Source: Octopus sinensis
Taxonomy: Eukaryota
Direction: 5' to 3'
Assembly: GCF_006345805.1 (NCBI RefSeq)
Contig: NC_043000.1
Coordinates: 62,248,001-62,312,000 of the forward strand
DNA length: 64,000 nucleotides
The notes below the pieces were generated by a model. It saw only the letters and a list, made by a program, of their open reading frames with translations, was not told the origin of the DNA and did no database searches. The position numbers and the translations under genes were made by a program. Position 1 is the stretch's first letter, and each line of letters opens with the position of its first letter. Of the stretch, positions 1 to 12,056 are shown piece after piece.

Positions 1-307
1 GAGGCCTTAGGTACTTGCAACCATCGCTTTATTCATACCTTCAAATTTTACCACAAATCTAAATGTAACCTAAATACCCACACAGCACATATCCCGAACA
101 CCACTTGGGTAATCCCAAACAATCCTATTTGATTTCCATTAATTTTTTAACTCTCCAATGTTATTTTAATTGTACGTATATGGACATGCATATGCGTACA
201 TATGCGGATATATGTACGTATATTTTAAAATACTTATAAATTATTTATCAATTGTAATTTTTACAAAAAGATGGATATGAGAGAAAAGCTTGAAGTTGAC
301 CTTTTAT

Positions 308-708
308 TTAAAATTCGATATGGGCTCTAGATGTGGCTATCAGCTTCTTGAGTCGCCCAGGAATTGTGTCAACTGATTTCACTAGATACTCTCGTGGGGT
401 GGAAAAAGATATAACTTCTAATATTCGCCCTTCAGCTTCTTCCAAGATATTTGGTTGGTACTGTAGACTTGTTCCGTTAACCAACTCCAAAGAAAGAAGT
501 CACAGGGTGTTCAGTCACAGGCTGGCCACACATGCAGAGCACAACGACCCATCCATCTCGTGGGTAAGTGGATATTCAGTCATTCACGAACAAGAGATTA
601 CAGATTAAATTCTCAAAGAGACAAAAACCAAAATTTGAGAAAAAATTACAGTTAAGAAATAAGTTATAAGTATTTTAATATAAGATGTTACTTTTCAATC
701 ACCCTATA
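308..708 (-). mobile_element. Tc1/mariner (rosa/maT-like) transposase C-terminal remnant with one TIR
   Basis: Minus strand reads RWMGRCALHVWPACD*TPCDFFLWSWLTEQVYST, then (frameshift) PREYLVKSVDTIPGRLKKLIATSRAHIEF*, matching the WPxRSPDLTPCDFFLW motif. TIR-like TATAGGGTGATTGAAAAG on the minus strand ends near 708 at a (TA)n run. Confidence 0.75.
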
Positions 709-717
709 TATATACAT

Positions 718-786
<69 letters not shown>
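704..786. repeat. (TA)n microsatellite
   Basis: Direct reading. Confidence 0.97.
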
Positions 787-792
<6 letters not shown>

Positions 793-1124
793 CAACAAAC
801 AAAGGTTGCTTTAGAAGCGTTGAGATGTATTGAAAGATACAGATGAGGAAATAATTTTATTCTCAAACACAGTGAATTCGAGAGTCATGGCTGGTCACCG
901 ACAGGTTTTTCTGCAAAATATGGATAGTGTACCCTGTCCATACTATATTATTAGCATTATCCTGCGTTTGAGAATAAAATTATTTCCCTATCTGTATCTT
1001 TCAATACATCTCCACGTTTCTAAAGCAAACTTTGTTGACTTTCTATGCAAATTGAATTTAAAGTACGATAACGACTTATAAAGCTAGATTCATAAATTCT
1101 AAATTTGCAGAAAAACTTGTCGTT

Positions 1125-1250
1125 GGGGCAGTTTAGCTTAAGGGTAAAGCACTTGACGGGTAACAACAGGAAGTGAGTTCGAGTCTCATGGCTGGCCACC
1201 GAGAGATTTATCTGCAAAATATGGATAGTGTATCCTGTTCATGCTATATT
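1125..1250 (+). mobile_element. tRNA-derived SINE head or tRNA-like pseudogene
   Basis: A-box-like TAGCTTAAGGGTAAAGC with GCTT/AAGC D-stem; T-arm GTGAG-TTCGAGT-CTCAT with B box; about 50 bp of body follows. A truncated second copy of the T-arm plus body lies at 871-949. Confidence 0.6.
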
Positions 1251-1254
1251 TCCT

Positions 1255-1372
<118 letters not shown>

Positions 1373-1662
1373 TGAATAAAACATTTTTAGAAATAAAAAT
1401 ACTTAAGGCTGCAAAAGCGCACATTTATATACACTGACCGGGGAAATAATCGCCAATGAGCAAAGCTGGAAATCACTGGACCAGACTAGTTTCGTCACTT
1501 AATTTCAGACACGTCAGCAGTGTCTATCCCCATTGCTCAGATGATTCAGCTAAAAACCCTCTGTCAGGATATATGTTTACCATATGAATTTATTGCAGAT
1601 TTAGTGAAATGCTAATGTGTATCCACGCAAGATACACACACACACACACCACACATATATAT

Positions 1663-1707
<45 letters not shown>

Positions 1708-1986
1708 GTGTCTGGGGAGAGTCATTTTCTTTTTTTGCCTTATAATTTAACACACTCGTCGGTAAAATTTCCACTTATTCCTTATTTTCCTTATGTATAT
1801 ATATCGGCCTGCTCGCTTAGCCAGCGGGGTGGCGTCATTTGAAGGCTAAAACAATGCGAAGCGCATTGTGACCAGCGATGTGTAGCAACATCTGATACCC
1901 TGGTCGGTCACATGATCACGTGATATATATATATATATATGAAAAAACAAGTCAAAAATAGAAAATGCTAAAATAATTTTATAGTG

Positions 1987-2039
1987 AATCTTTCAGTACC
2001 GGTTTCGGTCATTTTGAGACCTTTTCAACTGTAACGATT
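1987..2039 (-). ncRNA. Second copy of the same hammerhead motif on the opposite arm
   Basis: Reverse complement of cagtaccggtttcggtcattttgagaccttttcaactg is identical to the + copy core. Confidence 0.65.
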
Positions 2040-2224
2040 AAATAATTAGATTTAGAAAAATTAGAAGAAAAGTTTTTTTAAAGGAATATTTCTATAGTAG
2101 TGTTCAGATATAAGTGGCATTCTGCCTTTCTCTGACTCCCTTGTTTGCACTTGTGTGTTCGAGGTCGAACAGAAATACTCCTTTAAAAAAACTTTTCTTC
2201 TAATTTTTCTAAATTTAATTATTT

Positions 2225-2277
2225 AATCGTTACAGTTGAAAAGGTCTCAAAATGACCGAAACCGGTACTGAAAGATT
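2225..2277 (+). ncRNA. Minimal type-I hammerhead ribozyme motif (U3-A8 variant)
   Basis: CAG / TTGAAAA / GGTC-tcaaaat-GACC / GAAA / CCGG / TA / CTG: stem I CAG:CTG, stem II GGTC:GACC, palindromic stem III ACCGGT, GUA cleavage triplet. Confidence 0.65.
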
Positions 2278-2371
2278 CACTATAAAATTATTTTAGCATT
2301 TTCTATTTTTGACTTGTTTTTTCATATATATCAACTCGTGTGTTCCTTTCCACCCTTATACATATATATAT

Positions 2372-2414
<43 letters not shown>

Positions 2415-2502
2415 GTACGTTCATACATAAATACATGCATACAAATATACACACAAATATATATATGCATGTTTGTGTATATATTTGTGTATCTATCTAT
2501 TT

Positions 2503-2693
2503 CCACTACCACTGCTTTACAGCCGGTGTTGGTGCGTTAACGTCTCTATAACTTCGCGATTCGACACAAGGGACTGATAGAATAAGTACGAGGCTGAAAA
2601 AGATAAGTACTGGAGTCGATAAATTCGACTGGAAATTGGAGAAGGCGGGGCCCCAGCATGGTCGCACTCTAATGACTGAAACAAGTGAAAGAT
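2503..2693 (+). mobile_element. CORE-type SINE, 3' half
   Basis: Matches the 3' part of the fuller copies at 11761-12194 and 13725-14110 (gactgatagaataagtac ... ccagcatgg ... atgactgaaacaagt). Confidence 0.8.
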
Positions 2694-2747
2694 ATGTATT
2701 GCTACTGGAACATCCAGTACAACCTGTCGTAGTTTGGGCAGGAGAAG

Positions 2748-2805
2748 ACAAAATCGGCTACCCTACAAAATCGGCAACCCTACAAAATCGGCAACCCTAC
2801 AAAAG
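2748..2805. repeat. 17-bp tandem repeat, 3.4 copies (ACAAAATCGGCWACCCT)
   Basis: Units start at 2748, 2765, 2782 and 2799. Confidence 0.9.
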
Positions 2806-3036
2806 CTATTTCATAAGGAGGGTGGTTTTCGATGGACTTGCTGCCGGACGAAAAAATATTTGTCAAAGGGTGGGATGATCTTAGCAAGGTCAACTGCAAT
2901 CCATCGGTTGGCAGTGAGAGACCCAAAGTCCTCGTTTAGACATGTTTGAAAGGTTGTAGGTTAGTTTTTCTATTTGGACAAATGCATATGTTGCTTAAAG
3001 ATTGGAATTTACCCTGTGCAAAAGCTTTCCTCACTT

Positions 3037-3122
3037 GATTATAGATATCAAACAGGGATAAACTTCAGATTATAGATATCAAACAGAGATAGCCATCAGA
3101 TTATAGATATCAGAGAGAAGAG

Positions 3123-3156
<34 letters not shown>

Positions 3157-3157
3157 T

Positions 3158-3238
<81 letters not shown>

Positions 3239-3275
3239 CTTCAGATTATAGATATGAAACAGAGACAACTTTCAG
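3037..3275. repeat. 31-bp minisatellite (GATTATAGATATCAAACAGAG...) with a (GA)n expansion in unit 3
   Basis: Units at 3037, 3068, 3099 and about 3244; (GA)n runs about 3112-3236. Confidence 0.85.
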
Positions 3276-3744
3276 ACACAGGCATATGATGTTGCATATT
3301 ATATTTGGCCGAAGCTGATAAAAGCAAGACACTGAATGAAAAATTCTAGATCGAGTGAGAGCATTTATCATCATTTCTGGTAACTCTCTGAATACCTGCT
3401 ACAGGAGGGTCCATCGTTACCACCTCTGTGAATATGGTATAGATATCTAGAAGGCTTGAAAAGCCACATCTGTGCTGTTTTAAACGGACAGTCAAGCATA
3501 TGCATTGTTCGAAATCGAATTGCAGCCATCATGCAAGTCATTATTCAGTTTTATTTCAAGATTTCCTGCCACTAGAGAAAAAGTCCGTTTCAAATCTATA
3601 TCCAAGGCTCCTTCATTGGAATATCAAAAAATCAACAAGGTATGTATGTATGTATGTATGTATGCAGATTTGTATGTTTTTTATGCATGTATTCTCATGC
3701 ATATAGTTGCATCTCTAGACATGCTCATATATATTTAAATGATA

Positions 3745-3975
3745 AACTTCTGGATAGTTTTACAGATTTTTTACTGTTCCACTGATGGATTGGATCTTTA
3801 GTCTTCGAATCAGCTTTCTCCTTTCTAGTTTTGAGAAGCCTAATTTCTCAAGATTGGCATGTAAGTAGTGCGATACATACCTCAGTGCCCCAATAATTAC
3901 AGGTATAAACCTGAACTTGTAATCTGGATAGAGTAACTGCACATTTCTCAATAGTTCAGCGTATTTTCTTTTTCT
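3745..3975 (-). mobile_element. R4/Dong-like non-LTR retrotransposon, 3' end (restriction-like endonuclease C-terminus)
   Basis: KYAELLRNVQLLYPDYKFRFIPVIIGALRYVSHYLHANLEKLGFS...LIRRLKIQSISGTVK resembles the KY..L...P++IGALG tail of RLE LINEs. Confidence 0.75.
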
Positions 3976-4204
3976 GTGGATGGATGGATGGATGGAGATG
4001 TATGCGTGCGCACGCACATATCACTAAATTCCGAGTTTCTGAGCTGCAATTCATCGGCTCGTTCGAACGTAAGCATTCTTGCATTGCTTACGCGTAATTT
4101 GCAGCCGGGTCCGTAAAAACAAAGATCGTATAATGCGAGTGAAGTAAAGTTATTTCAATGCAATAATTTATTTACATACACGCATATACACAACAAAATC
4201 AACG

Positions 4205-4780
4205 AGAGAGATACGAGTGGCGTCATGAAAAGGTGTTTGGGACACTCGCTCAGACACTGGAGCAAGAATGACACAAAACACACCATTAGTAGACAGAAGA
4301 AATACCACCAATGAAGTTCGTGAAGGAAGGACAAAAGCCACTGGGTACAGCCACACAGTATGTTATAAAATGTGTAATCATGTGGTATGAAAGTAGTGCT
4401 GCAGTTCTTCTATGTCATCCAGACAAACCTGAGGCCAGACGTAATTTTGTGGTCTCAAAAGACAAAGAACCCTGATCGAGCTTAAAGACTCATAAGAAGA
4501 AGCGTATGACAAAAAAAAACTGAATAGAAGGGTGACAACTACCAGAAATATATGCAGAATAGTAGGGAGAAGGTTTTCCAGGCATGGCTATTCCCAGACA
4601 AGTTTGGTCATACACAATTCCTGTCCTGTCAGTATATAGAATGCTTCAAGCCAATTGAGTATGAAGAGTAGAGAGAATGATAGTAGTGCGCAAGACTGGA
4701 GAGGTAGCAGAAAGATCCTCTCGCTGGTTATGGAACAAGAGAGATGAGTTAAGCTGGAAGCCAGGAGATGATGAACAGTA
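4205..4780 (+). mobile_element. HERO-like RLE non-LTR retrotransposon, decayed 3' part
   Basis: Frameshifted fragments RYEWRHEKVFGTLAQTLEQE, LIELKDS*EEAYDKKK and EVAERSSRWLWNKRDELSWK match the RY.WRH / LIELTVPWE / AE..SRWLW.KR pattern. Confidence 0.7.
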
Positions 4781-6235
4781 ATTTGATCTCCACTACAGAC
4801 CTGCTTGTGGAATGGTGCTTAGATTCAGAGCTGAATCAAATAATAATTGTTTAACAAAGTCTGCTGCCATCAATTCCTTCTGCTCAAAGCTAAATCCACC
4901 ATGGGAAATCAACATCAATTTCAAGTGTGTGTATGTTAGTGTGTGTCTGTTAGTGTGTTTGCGTATGTGTGATTGTATGTATCTGTGTTTGTGTGTGTGT
5001 GTTTTCAATTGTATTATGTCTATGCCAGCATGAAAAGTATGGTTTTGTATACACACACACACACATGCACACATACATTCATAGGTGCATACATTCTTAG
5101 GTGTATACATACAAGTATGCATAGTACCGGGAAACTTGTGTGTATGTATGTGTGTGTGCGCGAGTGTGTGTGCGCGCGCGTGTTTACGTCGGTGTGTGTG
5201 TGTATGTGTGCGTATGTTTGTGCGTATGAATGAGAGATTGTACGTGAATGGGACCCAGCTTTTTTATCCAGATGTGTTGTTTTGTTGACATGACTGCGCT
5301 CACGTTTAATAATACTTCATTCATCATATTTCGTTTCCATATTACACCTTTATGTTTAATCTGGAAACATCACGCCGGAACTATATTATCGATTCTAAAC
5401 CTTCTCGTCTTTACATGAAGTTCTGATCGTAGCTGGTTTTTACAGCATTTTGTAGTAAGAATGGACAAAGGTAATGATATTGTTGTGAGTAATAAAATCA
5501 TTACCACGTGATTTAAAATTGTTTAACGATTAATTTCTAGCTACCCTCATTATTCATTTTAAGTGGGCTGTATCCGTGTGTTGAGTTCTGCATTGTAATT
5601 TGCTATGACTAAACGCCTCCACAGAAAAATCTTTTAGTTGTTGTTTTTGTTCATTTCAATATCAGATTGTAATGTTATCGATCAATGTTTTTTCGATCTC
5701 GTTTATGTTTTTGGTCTATATTATGATGTAATGTAAATAATGTGTTGAACTTTTGTATCCGGTCTAACAGTTTGAGTCATAAAGCTCACAAATTTCATGT
5801 TTATACTGAAGCTTGTTTATGAAATTCTTATCTGATGTATGTATTGTCTCTTGCAGAAGTGTGTGATCTCGTGTTGAGAAAAGTGTTTTTCTTCTTGGTG
5901 TTTCTAATACATTGTTCCATTGTAATAGTTGTGTCTATGTATTATATAGCGATACATGTATGTGTGTGTGTGTGTCTGCAAATTTCTTTGAAGCATTGCG
6001 ATGGTTGAGTAAAATAGTGAGTGTAACAAAAGCTTATGGTTAATGCAAATGAGGAATGAAACGCAATAAAATACGGTATTGTCAAGTGATAACAAAGATG
6101 TAGAAATGTATACAATTCCGATTTTAATGTTCTAGTATTTGAGGATAAAAATATCCCATCTTCAGGGACCATGAGGAGAGTCCTCCGAGTCAGATATTTT
6201 CCTTAATTTTCTTAGTTATGCTCGATATAAGGGTC

Positions 6236-6968
<733 letters not shown>

Positions 6969-6974
6969 AATCTG

Positions 6975-7318
6975 TTCTTTGCTTCGGTCATTTGACTGCA
7001 GCTAGGCAGGTTTTGTCAAATAAATCGACGCCAGGTATTATTTTATTTAAACCGAATATTTATTTTATCGATCCCTTTTGTCTAACTGCTAAGTTACGGG
7101 TATCTAAACACATGAACACCGTTTGTCAAACGGTGGGGAGGAACAAACGTAGACACAAAGACAAACACGTAGACCTATGTGTGTGTCTACCAAACCACTC
7201 ATAAGACTTTGGTCTGCCCGAGGGTATAGTAGAAGACATTTGGACTAGGGTGCACGCTGTGGGACTGAACCTAGGACCATTTGGTTCGGAAGTATGCTTC
7301 TTTCCACACAGCCACATG
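6975..7318 (-). mobile_element. CORE-type tRNA-derived SINE, diverged, near full length
   Basis: Colinear with 11761-12194 (gtcatttgactgc ... tatagtagaagac ... gggactgaac ... ccacacagccac). Confidence 0.85.
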
Positions 7319-7716
7319 TGTGTGTGTGCGCGCGCGCGTGTATGTATGTGCGCAAGCGTGTATACACACATACATGCGTATGTACATATACATATATGTA
7401 ATATTACATATGTATGTTTACGTATATGTGCGTATGCACACGTGCGGGCGTGCGTGCATCCGTGTGTGTGTGTGTGTGTTTGTGTGTTGCTGACGTCATA
7501 GATCATTGTTCTCATGATCAAACATTAACGTGACCAACTCTACCTAGAACGTTGTTTGTATTATATTCTACGTACTTTGCTTTTATTTGTTAGATTATAT
7601 AATATACCATCGCAATTAATCTGAGTCTCACTAATGGTATGTATATACAATATATATATATATATATATATATATCTATATATATATATATGTATGTATG
7701 CATATGTATGTATATG

Positions 7717-7747
<31 letters not shown>

Positions 7748-8181
7748 CACACAAACACACACACACACACACACCAGCGATGTTTTAAGATTTCGATAAA
7801 GGAAACCCTCTCAGACAGTTCGAGATTTCTAAAGTTAATTCAATCTCTCGACATTTAGCCAGAGATAACCGGAGAATTTGTTTTGTCAGTGATTGATTTA
7901 TTAGAGAAGTTAATGCAGTCGCAGTCTTCTAGCATAAAATAAATATATAAAATAAATAAATACATATATAAAATATGTACTATATTTGATTATTTGACGA
8001 CAGGAAATGTATTTTTTAACATATCGGCCAAAATTATATGTTTTGTATGTGTGGGGGTGGTAATGAATGTCTCTATGAATGCAATTTACTTCCACGTATC
8101 AGTAGATATATATATCTATGACTGTTTGCCTCAACCCCATTTCAGTGAGTACACACACAAACACACGAACACACGCACACA

Positions 8182-8212
<31 letters not shown>

Positions 8213-8375
8213 GCGCACACACATACATGGTAGTATATATACATATATATCTGAGATTAACGATAATAATTGTCAATTAAGCTTTCAGATTTTGCCCACG
8301 AAACTCAATGCAACAAACCACAATACATATATACTGTACTCTAATAGCTACTCATTTGTGAATGAAGTCGGAAAA

Positions 8376-8437
8376 TGATGATGATGATGATGATGATACC
8401 GAGGGCGTAGCAAAATCAGACAGATATATATATATAT

Positions 8438-8517
<80 letters not shown>

Positions 8518-8597
8518 TATATATATACATACATATATATATAAAGAGGGAGAGGGGGGAGACGAGAGTGAGTGAGAGCTAAATAGATAGTAGGGGC

Positions 8598-8629
<32 letters not shown>

Positions 8630-8751
8630 ATGTGTGTGTGTTTAGAAAGAGAGAGAGAGAAAGAGAAAGGGAGATAGAGCGATAGAGAGCGAAACAGTGA
8701 GAGAAAGAGAGAAAGAGAGAGAGAGAGAGACACTGAGACAAACTGAGAGAA

Positions 8752-8807
<56 letters not shown>

Positions 8808-8812
8808 AGACA
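8376..8812. repeat. (ATG)n, (TA)n and (GA)n microsatellite cluster
   Basis: Direct reading. Confidence 0.93.
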
Positions 8813-8819
8813 TATGAAG

Positions 8820-8935
8820 GACTTCAGTACTTAATGGTTGCTTTATTTGCTCAGAAAGGATGAAAGGCAAGATGATTTCACCAACATTTGAACTGAGAAC
8901 GCAGAGGCATTCTCCCCACGACATGCCAATTTTAG
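8820..8935 (-). mobile_element. Deu/Nin-domain SINE fragment, degenerate
   Basis: aaggatgaaaggcaag ... atttgaactgagaacg resembles 10229-10461. Confidence 0.6.
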
Positions 8936-8944
8936 TGCGGCAGA

Positions 8945-9346
8945 CTATTCATTAGATATTCTTTTAATAGTTTCCAGAATTAATGATACAATTATCTGCA
9001 TTCGTGAACATCTGGCGATTGTTCGTTCAATGATTGTAATATTCGCCTCAATCTTGAAGTTATGACGTTGAGAATCACTGCAAACAACATGGCTGGAACC
9101 GATGACGATAATACTACCATCAGCGAGAAAGAACCGAAGAAAACCAACAGTGACAACAATAAAGAGGATGCCATTAGCTATAGTTATAACTAAAATTATT
9201 AAAGAAATCGGAATTATCAAGTACATCTTTCTTAGAATTAAGAACTCAACAATAATCTGTATAAGTGCAATAAAATAACAGTAATAATATGGTTGTCTTG
9301 GCCATATGAATAGAAATAAAAATTCAATGCTTTTGCTCAGCTGACA
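8945..9346 (-). pseudogene. Hydrophobic coding-like segment, copy 1 (unknown multi-pass membrane protein)
   Basis: Stop-free frame of 133 codons ...QPYYYCYFIALIQIIVEFLILRKMYLIIPISLIILVITIANGILFIVVTVGFLRFFLADG...; aligns with copy 2 with many synonymous differences. Family not recognised. Confidence 0.5.
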
Positions 9347-9714
9347 TTACAGTTTTCTTGATTAAGAGTTCCTCAGCACTTTAGTCTTTTCTGAAAGCAT
9401 TTCATGAAAAATTCATTTCAACTGTTTATATCCTTACGTCTTACGCAGTTACTATCGTGACTGCTGCTATGTTGACTGGCAGCGTGATACAAACCAACAC
9501 CATGGCTTGTGGAGGTTGGTCTGTTGTCAGATGTGTTGTAAAAATTGCGATAGAGATGTATTTCCTATTTACGAGAATATATACGTTTATTCTTATTTCT
9601 GCATTGTTCTTACTGTTGTTAATAAAGTTACACCTATGAACCCTTAGTGTCCGCTCAATAAATGTCTCTTACTTGAATGTTTTGTCGTAAAATATTTTAC
9701 TTCTGGTTAAATTT

Positions 9715-10026
9715 TCATCCAAGTATTAATTTTATTCTATTCATATAAAAACAAGCGGACACGACAACAATGGCAATATTGCCAACATGGGAGAAGAACT
9801 GAAGAAAACCTACATCGACAACAGTAAAGAGCATGTCAGTAACATTAGTTATAGTTATGGTGCAAATCGAAATTATAGAGTACATTTTTCTTGGAGTTAA
9901 GAATTCAATAATAACCTCTGTAATTGCTATGAAGTAGCAATAAAAATACTCTTGTTTTTGGCTGTATGAAAAGAACAAAATTTTACTTGGACGAAATTTA
10001 ACTAGAAGTATATTATTTTGCGACAA
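9715..10026 (-). pseudogene. Hydrophobic coding-like segment, copy 2 (3'-truncated by an inverted duplication)
   Basis: ...QEYFYCYFIAITEVIIEFLTPRKMYSIISICTITITNVTDMLFTVVDVGFLQFFSHVG...; acceptor-like ttcttttcatacag precedes the homologous block. Confidence 0.5.
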
Positions 10027-10228
10027 AACGCACTAGTAGGTGATATTTATTGAGCAGGCACGTAGGGTTCATGATTGTAATTTTGTTAACAAACGTAAGA
10101 ACGGTGCAGAAATATGAGTAAACGAATAAATTCTAGTAAACAGGAAACATTTCCTCATCGCAATTTTGACAACATATCTGACAACCACCAAATCAACCAC
10201 CACAAACCATGATACGCGCTTCCAGTGA

Positions 10229-10461
10229 CCTATTTCTTTACTACCCACATTGGGCTAAACACAGAGAGGACAAACAAGGACAGACAAACGGATTAAGTCG
10301 ATTATATCGACGCCAGTGCGTAGCTGGTACTTATTTAATCGACCCCGGAAGGATGAAAGGCAAAGTCGACCTCGGCGGAATTTGAACTCAGAACGTAGCG
10401 GCAGACGAAATACGGCTACGCATTTCGCCCGGCGTGCTAACGTTTCTGCCAGCTCGCCGCC
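10229..10461 (-). mobile_element. Deu/Nin-domain tRNA-derived SINE, full length, with 12-bp TSD
   Basis: Sense reads GGCGGCGAGCTGGCAGAAACG...GTTCTGAGTTCAAATTCC...GCCTTTCATCCTTCCGGGGTCGAT; TSD CGCTTCCAGTGA at 10217-10228 and 10467-10478. Confidence 0.92.
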
Positions 10462-11114
10462 TTACTCGCTTCCAGTGATCATAGCAACAGTCGCGATAGT
10501 AAGTGAATCATAAGCTCGAAGACCGAAGAATATAAACAGTTCAAATATATTTTTAATGAAATACTTTAAGAAAAGTCTAATGCTGAACAACTTTTAATGA
10601 AGAAAACTGTGATAGCAGTATGAAAGCATGGAAAATTTTGTGGCTAGTTTACATGGTATACGGGAGAATACAAAAATCGATGCCCCTGGGTCACTGTTCA
10701 GTTTGTTAAAGTTCTAGAGACTACATTCAGCACCATAAATGACCTGACTTCAATCTGAAGTGAGTTTTTGTTGATCTTTAACTTACTGAGAATTTCCTTT
10801 TTTCTTTTAGGTTTGAGGATTATAAAGACTATGTGATCAGCTCACAAGACCCCAGAAAACTGAACTTGACGCATCTTTTTTTTATGTGGAATAAATGGAA
10901 GTATAAACTAAAAATATAAACGATAGATGAAAATCCTTGACTTGGCTATGAAATTTTCAAACAAGGCAAAGTTACAAACCGGCCTAATAATATCTCTATA
11001 AAGTGTTCTATTTCTCCGATACCCGATGAGAAACCCTACAGGTGTATTGGCACGGATGAAGATATATTTTATGATATCAGTTGTAACAGCAAAAGAACGT
11101 GTAAGTACATAGAC

Positions 11115-11722
11115 CAGTGATTCTCAAGCAAGGTCCATATGGCCCCTGAGTGTCCATATAAGATTTTGTAGGGGGTCCACGCAACAAAACAGAAAATTGG
11201 GGCCCCTGAAAAATATCTTTTTTAGATGTGCGTTTTGTTATATATTACTAGAAACAGTTAGGTTTCTTTCTCTCACATTTTACATAGTCCAACCTACACA
11301 AATTAAAACAAAATGGGAAAGAGGTTTCTATATAAGTAGTTTCTGGGTTCACCAGAATAAAATTGTATATCAAAGGGGACCATGGATAGAAAACAGTTGC
11401 TTTAGATGTATATATTGGTATGTATTACAAGAAACAGATATGTTTCTTTCTCTAACGTTTTACAGAGTTCAACCTACAAAACTTAATGTGTGGAAAGCAA
11501 AAAAGTTATTTTGAAAGAAGTTTCTATAAAAGTGGTTTACAAAATCCTCCAAATAAAAAGAATCGCAGACTGGCAAGAAATCTAGATAAAACAAAAACAA
11601 ATCCGAAGGCAAGAATCACATCATAAGAGCTACATCATAATAAACTTTAAAAGAATATCTTCATGAAATTACCTTCTTATTCGTTGTGGAGAAATTTAGA
11701 ATATCGTGCGAAAGAAAACAAT

Positions 11723-11725
<3 letters not shown>
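11115..11725 (+). mobile_element. hAT/Charlie-like MITE and associated repeat with an internal ~180-bp duplication
   Basis: Starts CAGTGATTCTCAA; its right TIR is eroded here but intact in the inverted copy (TAGGGGTTCTCAAC at 12889-12902); 11220-11305 resembles 11400-11490. Confidence 0.55.
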
Positions 11726-11760
<35 letters not shown>

Positions 11761-11762
<2 letters not shown>

Positions 11763-12014
11763 TCTTACTCTTTACTCTTTTACTTGTTTCAGTCATTTGA
11801 CTGTGGCGATGCAGGAGCGCCGCCTTTAGTCGAGCAAATCGTCCCCAGGACTTATTCTTTGTAAGCCTAGTACTTATTCTATCGGTTTCTATTGCCGAAC
11901 CGCTACGTTACGGGGACGTAAACACACCAGCATCCGTTGTCAAGCGATGTTGGGGGAGAAACACAGACACACAAACAAACAAACACACACACACACACAC
12001 ACAAACACACACGC

Positions 12015-12056
<42 letters not shown>

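Larger units (their letters stand above)
1941..2323. mobile_element. Palindromic element (153-bp arms 1941-2093 and 2171-2323, 77-bp spacer), probably Penelope-like retroelement derived
   Basis: Arms are near-perfect reverse complements, flanked by (TA)n. Each arm contains a hammerhead-like motif, a known feature of Penelope pseudo-LTRs. Confidence 0.7.

Noticed and set aside
2748-3275. CRISPR-like short direct repeats
   Set aside because: Repeats are head-to-tail without unique spacers, the DNA is eukaryotic, and no cas genes are present.
8945-10026. Assigning the hydrophobic segments to chemotactile/nAChR-like receptors, sialin or a mitochondrial insertion
   Set aside because: Only isolated matches (LIIP, RK, VG); spacing and the second copy do not support any of them.
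10660-10920. Strong donor (GTGAGT at 10760) and acceptor (ttttttcttttag at 10810) pair
   Set aside because: The intron would be ~51 nt and the upstream sequence has a stop in every frame that could join; no coherent product.
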